DNA from: Nageia nagi
Taxonomy: Eukaryota > Plantae > Pinophyta
Reading direction: 5' to 3'
Assembly (NCBI GenBank): GCA_050084985.1
Contig: JBITNC010000001.1
Coordinates: 116,188,001 to 116,252,000 of the forward strand
DNA length: 64,000 nt
Positions within the stretch are counted from its first letter, which is position 1. Each line of letters begins with the position of its first letter. Shown piece after piece: positions 26,925 to 40,039 of this stretch. The notes beneath the pieces were generated by a model. The model had not been told where the DNA came from, did not search any database, and worked only from the letters and a program-made list of their open reading frames with translations. The position numbers and the translations under genes are program-made.

Positions 26925-28155
26925 GAGTGGATATACAAATTCTAATTGGGTTGGTTCTTCTGATGATCATCGTTCCACTTCTAGCTATGTATTTCTTCTT
27001 GGTACTTCTCCCATTGCTTGGTCATGTAAGAATAAAGAGGCTATTGCACTATCATTGATTGAGACATAGTATAGAGTAGTTATTAATGCGAGTTAAGAGG
27101 CACTTTGGATTCAGTAGTTATTGGAGGAGTTTAGCTACCCCTAGTCTCAAACCATGATTCTTTGATGTGATAACTAGAGTGTGGTTCACATTTCACATAA
27201 CCCTATTGAGCATAAATGCACCAAATACATTGAGGTCCATATGCACTTCATCTATAATCATATTTAGGATTGCATTCTCAGCTTGGAGTACATTCCTACA
27301 AAGTAGTAGATTGTAAACATCTTCACTAAATCCATTGCATCACCTCATTTCCTTGAGTTGTGTGGCTTTCTTAGGATGAAGAAAGTTATCCTTGAAGGTG
27401 TTTATGAGGACATATTCCTCTCCATCCTCCCTCATCTACTATGAGATGATTTTTTTCCCATGTGATTTTTTCATCATCTTTAAGTAGATTCTTTGCACAT
27501 ATTGTACATGAGTACCTGATCAGGCCTTATTACCAGGAATCATTTTTTATGGATGTGCCACTTTACCTTCTTTTTCACTTAAGGGGGGGTGTTATATTAT
27601 TAAGTTCACTTAGGAATATTTAAGTATTTCCTAGGTCTTATTTCTAGCCTATTTGTTGTGGTGATAACCACTTCTTTTTCACTTTGTGTATTTTACATTC
27701 ACACATGGTTGGCATACTTTTGTACACTATATTGTAACTATATTGTACTTTCCATATTTATTTAGGCTCCATTCTCATTTTATATTGATTAGTTCCAAGG
27801 ATTCTAGCTTCTCTCCTTATTTTTGTGGTGCTCTTGCATTTTCCTTTCTAGATTTGATTTGCTCTTTATACGAATCTTCACAAAAATAACATCAATATTA
27901 TCAAGAATTTAATTTTTTATTAATGGTCCATGCATTTTAAGATTGATATGGTTTAGATCTATGATTAAGTGTTGAAAAATAATATTGATATGTATTATAC
28001 TTAGATGATGGATCAATTGGTTGAAATATTCATAAAACCATTAACAAAAGATATTTTTATTCACTTGAGACTCAAGGGAAGTTTCCATCAAGGCATGGTG
28101 TTAGATAATGATATTTGTACTTATTAGTTAAATATTGATCCCCTAAATCTAACTT

Positions 28156-28478
28156 AAGGAAGGGAGATGGATGCTAAGATAAACTTAACATAGACATTAT
28201 ATTTATTACTAACGTTTAAGTAATTATTACTATTAAGATCATGTTTTAACTCCTACTTAATGTTTGTGTGTATGTATATCATTGTATTAGTTATTAACTA
28301 AAATTCGATATTATAACCTAATATTATGTAATCCAATTATTATGATTAAGTCACATAGATAGGTAGGAGTTCTTGGTCCTATTTAAAGGTCACGCATATC
28401 TAACATTGTAATAATATACTAGATCATTTTGATCACCCATTATTATTATAATGTACTTTAGGGATTAACCACCTAACA
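28156..28478 (+). mobile_element. Orphan 3' LTR with PPT
   Basis: Purine tract aaggaagggagatgga followed by TGCTAAG (28172) ... CCTAACA (28478), with a TATA-like 'ctatttaaag' inside. Partner LTR not found. Confidence 0.5.
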
Positions 28479-28699
28479 TATATTCTTATACTATTATTTT
28501 TTTAGTTAATGTCTTCTTTATGTGGAATGCTCAAGGTGTTTGATTCTTTGATAATACTATGTAAATATTTCTTTAGAGCTATGGACACAAAAAATCAGAG
28601 TTAGTATTCTCCCTATCACAAAAAAGAAGCCATGCAAAAAATTGATGCAAACCATTAGAGGTTTTTATTTTTGGATCTAATTTCTTATGGAAAAAATGA

Positions 28700-29320
28700 A
28701 GTGAAATAAGAACAACCAAAAGATACTTCAGATTACCAAGTTGTTGAAACTATTTCCATTAATGAAGATATATGTACAACTTCTAGAATAGGATGTCCTA
28801 AAGAAAATCCAAATGCAGTGAAAATTGAAAAAGTAATTATTCCACAAGATCCAAGGTCATATAACATGCTAGAATAGTTAAAGAATATGCAAGACAAGAT
28901 TAGTTTGTTTGAGCTCATTCAAATTTCCAAACACATAGAGAAATTTTGTATGGTGTCTTCAAGAATGAAAAGACCCTCGATGATATTTATGTTGCTATAT
29001 TTTTTTAAAAAGTGCACTCTTGGAAGGATTGTAACTTGATTAATTTTTATGAAAAATAATTACCTAGGAAATAAATAATTAATGAATATTTGGCTTTTTA
29101 CATAAAACCTTGCATTGATGGTTAGGAAATAAAATGTTCTATGGTAGATCTAGGGAAAAAAGTAAATATTTTCTTATTTAAATTCTTGCAATACCTTGAG
29201 GGTAATGGTGATATTATTCATCATATGGATAAGCCCACACTTTGTATTAAATTATTTGGTAATATCCCAAAAAGAGATCTTGGTATTATTTCTTTACCAA
29301 TTTGAACAGCTTGGTCTAAT
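28700..29320 (+). mobile_element. Gypsy (Tat/Ogre-like) gag-protease fragment
   Basis: YNMLE*LKNMQDKISLFELIQISK..HREIL and a protease-like CSMVDLGKKVNI. Confidence 0.55.
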
Positions 29321-30699
29321 TTTTGACATGGAAATTTTTTTATATAATTCAGTTTGAGTCATATCTAATAGGAGTTTTGAATGAGGATCATGAATTTTTC
29401 ACCAATCTCTTAATTTCAAAACATCTCTAACATTAGATGATACCCTTGTATTTTATTTCCCAAATATTTGAATTAAATTCTTGATCTCGTTAGTTAACTA
29501 AAACTCCAACATTAGTTAATTGGGTTACTTTCAATATTTTATCTTCTCTTTTCAGTTCTTTGTAAAGTTTTATGTTGTATATTTAAATATGCACTAAGTG
29601 TACCAATATTTTTTTGGTTTTAAGTGTGTTTACTTACTAAATACCTTTTTATAACTTTTCATGTTGTATTCTTATCTTTAGATCGACCCTTTCTCAAATA
29701 GACTTAATGGCACCAACAATGGTAGATATAACTTGTTTAAGGGGTTCATTATTTTTCACATAAATGCCAAAAATTTTGATTACTTTTCTCATTTTCCATA
29801 TTTTCATTAATTACAACATGATTTTACATTGAAATCATAATTCTTTCTTAAAGAAGAATTGATCATATAATTTATTTGCAAGTCTTCTTATTTACCTTTT
29901 GGATATTTGGCCATCTAAATTACCTAAAACATTACTTTCAATTTGCAAAATAATTTTTTTATTAACACTAGAGGTTTAAATATTTACATTTTCCATATCT
30001 ACATTTGTTTCAATATTGATATTTTTCATATCTATATTAGTTTCAATATTGATATTTTCTATATCATTCAAAAGTGGATCCGAAGATATACCTAGAGTCA
30101 TATCCATAGTCATGTTATTAACATCGTTCAATGGTGGATTTAAAGATGTACTTGGGTTTGAATCCTCTCTAGTCATATTCTCCTCTTACACACTTGCATC
30201 ATCTACATTCATCTCTTTCTTTCTATTTTCTTTAATATTATTCTCTTCATTTGTTTTAATATTTTCTAACTCTTCAATCCTTTCTCTTTTATCTCTTTAT
30301 CTTTTTTCCTCCTTCTCTCTATGTACTTCAATTTTTTCATGTGTCTAACCCCTCCTTCCTTTTTTTACGTGATTTTGATCCCATGGTTTTCAAACCCTCT
30401 TGAAGAAAAAGTAAGTAAATTGGGATGTAGGAAGTGACTACATATTTAATTGGAAAAACATAAAATACAAAACAAAGAGACAAATATGCATCAAAAGTTT
30501 GAATCAAATAAGCAACATCAAATTATATTTTTACATCAAAATAAGCAACTTTTGGTGTGTATTTGATCCATAATAATCGGATGCTTATAGCATACTCAAA
30601 TTCTCACTTACAGATTCGAATGAAAAAAAAAAAAAAAAACATTCACCATTATGAGATCCATTACTTGCATAAAAATTTGAAATTGCATAATATAAACCA

Positions 30700-33600
30700 T
30701 AAAACTAACAATCTCAAACACACAAAAAGAAAATCATAATGATTTACCTTGGTTCACCTAATGTGGGCTAATCTAGCATGGAATTGGAGCCTTATCTTCT
30801 CATTATCTATGGACATTACAATATTACATGCATAGAGAAATACCATCAAAATAATGGTAATACCATCTCCTACAACACTACTGCAATCTCCTACAACAAG
30901 GAGAACAACTTTGGAATTACAAAAATTCTAGAATGACTCTTAGTCTTCCTTCAAATCCTTACAATTTCAAAATCCTAAACTCTCTAAAATTCCCTTTATG
31001 GAATCAAAGGGAAGCATGTCATTAAATAATCCTAGAACCATCTCCAAGATGCCAGTTAAAGACCTTGAACTGCTTAGTTTCCCAAAATGCTAATGTCCCT
31101 TCAACTTCCCCTGTTGACTCATCAATATGCACACTATTAATGCCCTAAAAATAGTGTTCCATATCATTGTAAGAATGGTTCTACACACTTATTAACTCTA
31201 GATTTCAATCTTCAGCCTATCTCCAAGGAAAAATACCTCTAGAATGAGTACTTCTCCTATAGAGAACAACCTAACACGATCCAATTCGGATCACACCTCC
31301 CTAATGGTAAGGTATTTAGTCCCATAAATGCATAGATGAGGATAAAACTTCCAAACCTTGGACTTTTCCATCCACTTCACTTTATGAGGATTCTATCCTT
31401 TCAATCTAACCAACTATAGTTTTGTTCCACCTCTTCTTGTAGCATGAACCTTCTTTTGTACTATGGAATCCTCCTTGAGTTCATCCATTGTATTAGGATC
31501 TAAGACATCAAGAGATGGTAAAATCTGATATGAACTTGCTTCATCTTCAATCAACATAGATGATAAATGTTCATATATGTCGATAGATTCAATCTAAAAA
31601 GATTCTCACTTACTTGCTCCATAATATCAAATGGTCCATACCTTATAGGCTTCAACTTCTTGGCTAGTCCTTACAACCACTCCTTACTAAGATGCAACTA
31701 AACATGGTCTCCCACATGAAACTTATGATCAAATCTATGTTTTTCATGTCTTATCTTGTACTTGGCTTGGCTTCTCTCAAGTTTCTCTTAGACTTTCAAA
31801 TGAATTTGCCTAATCTTTTAAACAAACTTATCAGCTTGTTTTTCCTCTTTCTCAAGTGAATCTTCTTCATCCTTTTATTTTCCAAACACACAATCAAAAG
31901 CTGAAAGTGGTAAATAACTAAAATAAATCTCAAAAGGACTCTTATTAATGGAAGAATGAATTGCCCTATTGTATAAATGTTGGATATATGTAATATGTTT
32001 ATCCTAAGACTTAGTATGCTTACCACAATAACCCCTCAAGAGTTGAACCACTTTCCTATTCACCACCTCAGTTTATCCATCCATTTTAAGATGAAAGGTA
32101 GTACTCCTCTTCAACTGTGTATCCATCTTTTCCCATAAAAATGTCCAAAACTTGCCCAAAAATCTATTATCTTTATATAAAATAATAGAAGCAAGCAATC
32201 CAAAATGAATTTAAAAATGAGACAAGGATAAATTTGTAACAACTTGTCCTATTATAGTCTTCTTACATGGAATCAAAACACACATCTTGTTAAATACAAC
32301 AACAACAAATAAATAGTCATGACCCTTCTTAGTCATAGGCAATCCTTCCACAAAATCCATTCAGATGCATTCCAATGGACATGAAGGTACTAGAAGTGGA
32401 TGATATAAACCTAATTTCCTATTACTTGGCTTATTGATACAACACAAAGAACACCCCCTTATGTACTTAGCAGCTTGATCTTGCATCTTTGGTCAATATA
32501 TATACCTTTGTAAATTATGCAATGTCTTTACAACCCCAAAATGTCATGCAATCTTTGAAGTATATGCTTCTCTAATCAATCCAATCCTTTCACCTACAAG
32601 TATACATAATGCATTAAAATGATAAAGAAGTCCATTTTACAAATGAAAATCATCCAAGCCCTCATACTTGGACCTAGATGAAGAAAACTACTCATACACC
32701 TCTCGAAGTTAGGATCCTACACATATCCCTCTAAAAATGACTGAGACAAAAAAGGAAGAGATTTCAACACTGAGAGGGAACTCATTGGCCTCTATTTGGA
32801 TGTTGCTAATAGCCCAAAATTAGTACTACACATTGCTAATGGTATGGAATATGTAGTTATAGGTGGTCTAAAAAGCATTACTGTAAACCTTGTTCTTTTT
32901 TCCTTTCTTATACTTGATCACTAGATAAAATTATTGCAGAAATCCCATCCATCTATAATGTCTATTTTGTTGCAATTTTGATTTTGTAAATATTTTAATG
33001 GTTGATGATTAGTATTAATGATCGCTTCTTTTCCCATTAAGTAATGTTTCCACTTTTTAATAGCTTGAACAAATGCATAACAATTCGTTATCATAAGTAG
33101 GATAATTCAAAATAACTCCACTAATTTTCAAAATGATAACAAATTGGTTTACCTTCGTGTAACAAAATGGCTCCCATGGCATAGTCACTTGCATCATCTC
33201 CACTTCATATAGCTTCTACAAACTAGGAAGTGCTAGCATAGTACAACTAATAATCTTTTGCTTCAGTATTAAAAGATGTTTGTTGATTTTCCCCATTGGA
33301 AAACTTGTCTGTTACTGGGTTTCATCATGTAAAGGTGAACCAGTATGAGAAAAATCAATAATAACTTTCTTAAATATCAGATATCACCTAAGAAACTCCT
33401 CACTTTAGTTACATTACATGGCTTTGCCCAATCTACTATAACACTTACTTTACTACGATCTATGTTAAGTTGTCCATTGACCAATAACATGGCCCAAATA
33501 CACCAAAGACTCTTGCCAAATTCACATTTTGAATATTTCAACAATAACTTCTCCTATGCAAAGCTTGAAATACTTGTCTAATATGTACAACATGTTCTTT

Positions 33601-35360
33601 CCAAGTAGAACTATAAACAATAATATCATCCAAGGATACAATAACAAATAAATCAATAAATGGATGAAGACATCATTCATTACCCTCATAAATGTTGTCG
33701 ATGCATTGCATAAACCAAATGGAAAAACAAGCCAGTCAAATAGCCTTATCTTTTCTTGAAAGAGGTCTTCCAAATGTCTCTCCTCCTTGATTGAACTTGG
33801 TGATATCTACTCCTCAAGTCTAGTTTTGTGAAGAATCTTGCCCTTGTAACTAATTCCAAAGATCATCTATCGAGGCTAAGGATAGCAATTTTTTATGGTG
33901 ATTTATTTAAGTGCTCTATAGTCAATACACATTATCAAGTTTAATCCTTCTTGCAAACCAAAAATAGGTGATTCCATAAAGAGCTGTACTTGGTTTGATC
34001 ACACCTTAATTAAATAACTCTTAAATCTAACTCTTATCTCCTCTTGCTTCAAAATTGATTATCGATACAAAGTTATGTTGGAAATGAAACATCAAGTAAC
34101 AACTGAATATCATACTATGTATCTTGCATAGGAGGTAATCCATGTGACTCTATAAACATGTTAGTAAAATCCTAGACCAAATTCTACATTTGTTCTTCTC
34201 TATTGCACATTGTTAATAGCCTATAGTCAGTATTGCATGTCACTGACAATGTGAGATTCACTTCATCTGAGGCTTCTATTTTCACCATGATTAGAACAAA
34301 CTTTATAGAAGCATTAACAAGATGTTTTACCTAACTGGAACTGACTAAAGGTAGCTTTTTCCTTCTTTTATATGCACTAGCTAGAAACACCTTTTCGTAT
34401 TTCACCAATCATAATTTATTCAATATTCTATAATAAATACCATCTCTATCCCACATATAAGGGTTACTAAGAATAACATGATAAATATCTAAAGGAACAA
34501 CATCAACAACAACTTCATCAATGTACTTTACACAAATAGCAAATTTCAACTCACATTGTTTAGTGACTTGCAAACTAGCATTACGATGCACCCAACCCAA
34601 AGATATGAATTTGGATGGTTGAAAGTTTCTAATCCCAAATTACTTACTATAGACTCTGAAATCAAGTTTTCTTGAGAACCGGATCAACAATGCAATCTAC
34701 TTTGGTTTTCTTAATTTTTATTTTGAGGTGGAATAATTGAATCCTTTATTCTTCAATATATTGAAATTCTTCAACCTTTGAATGGTTGAACAATTTATTC
34801 TCTCATCAACATATGAACTTCCCTCAATGTTCTTATAGCATTAGTTTCCTCCTTATTCTTATGCTTATATGGAAGTAATTCTGAATGAATTTTCTAACAT
34901 TTATGATCAACATGATCATCTTTGTCATAATGACTACAATGCATATTATCACCTTCTTCCTTTTCGAAGTATTAGTGGTCTTAGTGTCTTGCTTACCTTG
35001 CCTTTATATTGAGATTTACCTTTCTCTTGTCCTCCCCTTGAATTAGAAGCCTTCTTGGATTCATCGTATTTTCTCCTTACTTTACCATCCTCCTTTATGT
35101 ATTGCGCTTTCACACATACTTGATTAAGATTAGTAGGATTAGATAACATGATAGTCTTTTGCAAATGACTATGTAAACCTCCAATGTACTTCATTAAAGT
35201 TTGAGGATATTTTATTAAAACTCTAAGCAAAGTAGCTTGTTTCCTAAATTCTATAGTATATTCTTGAACTATTTTCCCTTTTTGTTGTCTAAAGAATTAC
35301 CATTTCATCAATTTTTTATTATGATTTCCCAATGGATAAAATTGATCTCTTAACAACTCC
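30700..35360 (-). mobile_element. Ty3/Gypsy gag-pol, degenerate (CRM-like protease region), 5'-truncated
   Basis: gag IVQEYTIEFRKQ..KYIGGLHSHL; protease IVDPVL..; GWVHRNASLQVTKQC..VDVVPLDIYHVILSNPYMWD; RT FDWLVFPFGLCNASTTFMRVMND; RNase H and integrase remnants to ~31200. Left (LTR) boundary approximate. Confidence 0.85.
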
Positions 35361-36978
35361 TTAAATTCATTCCAATAAGATACTTTCGATAACAATTTGT
35401 CACATCTCCCTTATCCTCCTCCACCCCCAAATTCAAGTTAATCCCTATTACCTTTGTCAAACTCAAGTTTTCGATCATCTTTATATTGACTTTCTTTGGC
35501 TCCCCTACAAAAATCAAGTTTGTCATCATCACTTATGTTGACCTTCACCACCTCCAAATCCAAGTCCACAACTACCATGCCCAGTAGTGTTACCAAATTC
35601 AATTCCATTATCATTACTAAAATTGCCACCTCTAAATTAGATCCTTCTCCACCCAATTAAAGTCCACCCTCACTATCGAGCCAACCTAATTTTCCTTCCC
35701 TCAAGACTTCTCATTCCACCATTGCTACGCCCTTTACTATTACACTCGAGACCTTCCATTCGACCATGGTCAAGTCTTCTACCAATTTCCCTAAAACCTC
35801 CCAATTTATTTTTTTGGGTCCTCCAAATCTAATTTTGTTGCCATCTCCATAGTGAACACCACCAAGGCCTTAATTAGCCATCCTTAGATGCTTTTTTCAA
35901 AGGGTTTGGATAAAGTTTAATATTTCACTCGTCTCTCACACCTAGTTGAATGGCATGTATATTGGTGGATTCATAATGAGTAGAAGATTGAATATTATAC
36001 TTTAAGTCATATTTGGGGCTATTAAGATGTAGATATTGCAGTGATGATAGCAAAAGGATTTCAACATGATGACCACCATACAAAAGTCAAATATTATGCA
36101 CACATGCTTTGCCCTAAGTTTTGATAACATCCTTGCCCTCTTGCTCTTTAAGACTATTAATTCCACTAGCTTCAATGCCTATGAAAATTCATAACACCTA
36201 CATGCCACTAGCTAAGTCCACTAAGGATGACATCATCACCCTATGACAACCTCCACTAGTAAAATGTATTTGTCTTGTGAGTTGTAATAAGACAAAAAAG
36301 TATTTGCTATTCTATATCCTTTGGATGGTGTTTTTTGAGGTACTGGGCTATTATACACTATTGGATCTACTTTTGCCTTATTACAAACACACAAGATGAT
36401 TAACTTCAACGACCTCCACCATGACTCCCATAGTCTCTATTAAAGATATCAACTTTTAAACTTTTTCATATACATCGACAAGAATTTAAATTTAAATTAA
36501 CCTCTTAGAATCATATAGATGGAACATTTAATAATTTACATAAAAATTATGTAAACTATGAGCTTTTATATATTATTATTGACATTGTTATATTCGTAAC
36601 CTACATACTTCTTATAAAAATAATCACTTTTCTATATTTCTATACTTCACATCTTTACTTATTTATTCAAGGACCTTCACTATATATTGTTAAGATCTTA
36701 GATACTTTAATCAATATCATATCATAACATATCCACCTTCATTTCATAATAACTTAATATTTATAAATAAATAAATATATATATATATATAATAAATTCA
36801 AATATTACATTACGACATAATTAGTTTTATTTATTTAAATCTATTTAATGTCATTCTACTACACAATTGAATTGATTTATTTGATAAATAGTGTGATTTG
36901 ACTGATTCGTACTATAATCTTAATCGTATAGCCAATACCCTTCTACACAATTGAGCATGCACATTCGCTTAGAAAAGC

Positions 36979-37203
36979 TTCATATTTGTATTCAGATTTG
37001 GCCGTAGACAACTCACAACACGCCAACGACTTATTTGTGACCTTCGAATCTAGCCATAATTTCATATTTGTATTCAGATTAGCACGTAGACAACACGCCA
37101 AATGACGTATCGACGCTCGAATCTGGCCATAATTTCATTTGTATTCAGATTTGCACGTAGTCAACACGCCAACGACCTTGACGTTCGAATCTGGCCATAA
37201 TTT
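36979..37203 (+). promoter_or_regulatory. Three tandem ~70-80 bp CpG-rich repeats with ACGT-core elements upstream of exon-1 copy A
   Basis: Units start 36979, 37061, 37134 ('ttcatatttgtattcagatt..cgtagacaacacgcc..cgaatctggccataat'); CACGTA at 37083 and 37154, TGACGT at 37103 and 37179. Repeat is seen directly; regulatory role is inferred. Confidence 0.65.
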
Positions 37204-37500
37204 AATGGTTGAATTTTGGAATTAATGTTTGAATTTTGGAATATTCAAACTTATTTTGGAATTAATGGTTGAATCTGATCAAAATTTTCATTTAACCTGC
37301 ACTGATCATGCGATAAATGAAAGCAATTTTATTTATATGAAGGACATGTTGGATGCCCAACAATGGGGTGCAGCAATTAAGAGTTTTTCCCACAATGAGA
37401 TTGAGCAATTAAAAGTTTGGAGTGTTAGGACTTCTTGGAGTACGTTGCATTCGTCTTAGGAATGAGTATCATTGTTTTCTGAAATTATTTTTAAGACAAG

Positions 37501-37732
37501 ATGGACAGAGAGATGAATTGGAGGAGACAACTGATGAAAAAATGGGGATGGAAGGAATATAGTGTTGCTGTGATAGCGCTGGTCACAGTTGTGGCTACAT
37601 TTCTAGTGATAATGGATTCCAAGAAAGAAGAAAAGCGTCTGATTGTGTCACGAATGGAGGAAGACATACCTGATGAGGCTTATTCTCTTGTCAATTTGAC
37701 TCTTGTCGAGTCTGCAGCAGCTAAAGGAGCAG
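37501..37732 (+). CDS. PAE: Pectin acetylesterase exon 1, copy A (orphan or alternative first exon)
   Basis: MDREMNWRRQLMKKWGWKEY-[hydrophobic]-...LVNLTLVESAAAKGA, intact frame, donor AG|GTGAGT at 37733, phase 1. No exon 2 before 53032. Confidence 0.6.
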
Positions 37733-38979
37733 GTGAGTAACCTCTTAATCCAAAATTACAAAAAGCACTATCTTAATTATTCCTGTTGTGAATTTTTATT
37801 TTTTTGTTCTCTAAATTGGACATTCAAATTGGTAAAAACTGTTCTTGGCACCCATAAAAGCATTATTTTTTTACTGCAATGAATTTGGTGATCATATATA
37901 ATTTAAAAGAAACAAGTTTATTTTAATGTATTAGGCGTCTCTCTCTACATATTGAGAGAAATTTTTATTGCAACTATTTCTGTTACCTGAGACCACAGGG
38001 TAGTATAGTACATGTAAACTTGGGTATCCATGACAGCAGTTATCCTTTCTCACACTTAAGGCGTACGAGTTTATTAATAGACAGATCTCTATCTATTTGC
38101 ATATAGATAGATACACAGGAGACTTGTTTATATTTTAAAGATCTAGCGATGACTTTGCATTGTTTACTGGCTATGAACATGCAATATTTATAATTGGATA
38201 TAAACAGAAGATTATTGAAGGTAGGTTGATGATAATTTTTTTTTTTGATGATAAATTATCTTTGAGGTAGAAATTGTTTTCCTCTAATACTATTTAAGGG
38301 GAAAGTTTTCACTTAACTTTATTTTCTCAACTCCTCTAACTTCTTTTCATGTTGATGATAATTATCATTATGAGGTGTAATGATAATTTACAGATGACTT
38401 ATATGATAACATGTGCATGGGATAGTATGAAATTAAAAGATATTAAGTTAATTTCCATAAATAGTCAAGTAAATATAAAATTATTATTTTTTAACCTTTG
38501 TTTAATAGAAAGGAGATTATGTATTGAATGAATAATGCCTTTTAACATCCTTTAAATCCAAATTAAAATTAAGTTAAATATGTATTATTTATGTATTTAA
38601 ATAATTATTTTTAACAAAATTAAGATTCACAATAAAATCACCAAGCTTGTTTTGGTTATATTGGTTTAAGAATTCATGGATCATGTTGTAATTACAAATA
38701 TCATTATAGGTTTGTTTCAGATAAGAAATTGAACCTTATTTTTTATGGCATTGATATTATCCATTGAGGGTTATAATATTGTTGTTTGAAAGAAAAAATA
38801 GGTAGTTAAGCAAATTCAAAAACTCTAAAAAAGTGTATCAATATGCAAAGGGCATCATAAACCCAAATACAGAGGACATCAAAACCCCAAATATAAAGGG
38901 TGTTAGAAAATAAAATACAAAAGGTGTTGAAAATACAAGGAGAATCACAGCCTTAAGAAAACGTAAAATACCAAAAATT

Positions 38980-39285
38980 TCAAAATCATCTAAAGTTTTA
39001 GGATTTTCTAAAAGTTTCAAAGTCTTCATTAGCATTGAAATCTTCAATTACTTCAAAATCTTCTGCTCTTCAAAATCTCTAAATATGTGAGCATCTTCAA
39101 AGGCTCAACAATCTCTAAGTGCTCCAAAATTTTTGAGTGCTCTAGAATTTTTAAGTGTTTCAAAATCTTTAAATGCTCCAAAATATTGAAGTGCTTCATA
39201 ATCTTCAAGTGCTCTAAAATCGCTAAGTACACCAAAATCTTCAAAGCCTTCAAAATCTTCAAATGCTTCAGAATCTTCAAAATCC
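38980..39285. repeat. Degenerate 18-bp (9-bp subunit) minisatellite
   Basis: Repeats of 'gtgctccaaaatcttcaa'-like units; source of the overlapping low-complexity ORFs. Confidence 0.8.
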
Positions 39286-40039
39286 TTCTTCCACCTGACT
39301 ATCCTCATTTAAATGATCCTTAATTGGATCAAGGAGAATTATTTTTACCTTGATGGGATGTTGATCATTAATTTCAAATATCCATACATAAATAAACAAA
39401 TGAATAAGATTGCTAAAAATGAAGCAAAATTACCAAACTAGCAATTTATGCTATGGAAAATTTGTGGTGAATAAGATGAAAAACATTTAAAGACAAACCA
39501 TGGTGTGTTATATGTTATTAGAAATATCTTGAAAAGAAACTTCTAACAATATATGGTGATCGAAAAAAAGAACTATAAATAGTTGGTGAATCATGATGAC
39601 ATAAGACATTGTCTCTGGCACGCTCATAATAGTTTAGCAGTAGAAATAGTTCATAAAGAAATGAGCATCCCTATAAAAATTCTCAAAGAAATTATAGAGT
39701 GTTATATATAATTAGAAAGGTATTGAAAATATATTTCTAATGGTATATGGTAATTTTTAAATGGATCAACAAAACTTACACGATATTATGGTGATACTAG
39801 ACTCTATTGTTAGCAATTCTAGGAATGATAATAAGATGGTCTATCAAAAAATAGTTAGTGTGATGGTGATTTTCAAAAGAAGTATGACATATTATATATT
39901 ACTAGAATGGTATTGAAACAAACTTTCCAATGAATTAATACACATAAGAGTTGACCTCTGTAACAAAAGTTATAGACCCTAAAATATCATAGATTTTTTG
40001 ATAGAAAATTTTGACTGTACACATAAAACAACTTCACAT

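Larger units (their letters stand above)
15327..27882 (+). mobile_element. Ty1/Copia LTR retrotransposon, degenerate, with two nested insertions
   Basis: 5' LTR 15327-15530 + 21570-21647 (split); PBS tggttttagagc 21648-21659; gag from ~22900 with CSYCGKLGH knuckle; protease WVMDLGASHHMT; integrase LELVHSDL..VTFIDD; RT CKWVYSTKYLADGSINKYKVSLVAKGFSQ, YVDD (~26040); RNase H; PPT 27581-27589; 3' LTR 27590-27882 (TG..CA). Confidence 0.92.
35550..38935 (+). repeat. PAE promoter/exon-1 duplication unit A
   Basis: Colinear with 42445-46270 (unit B) and, over ~36460-38170, with ~50820-52300 (unit C). Shared anchor 'aagaatttaaatttaaatt(a/g)acctctta' at ~36480, ~43178, ~50841. Confidence 0.9.

Noticed and set aside
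36979-37203. Repeat array resembling a CRISPR
   Set aside because: Whole units are homologous (no unique spacers), no cas genes, eukaryotic context.
39053-39323. Three overlapping ORFs on both strands
   Set aside because: By-product of the 18-bp minisatellite.
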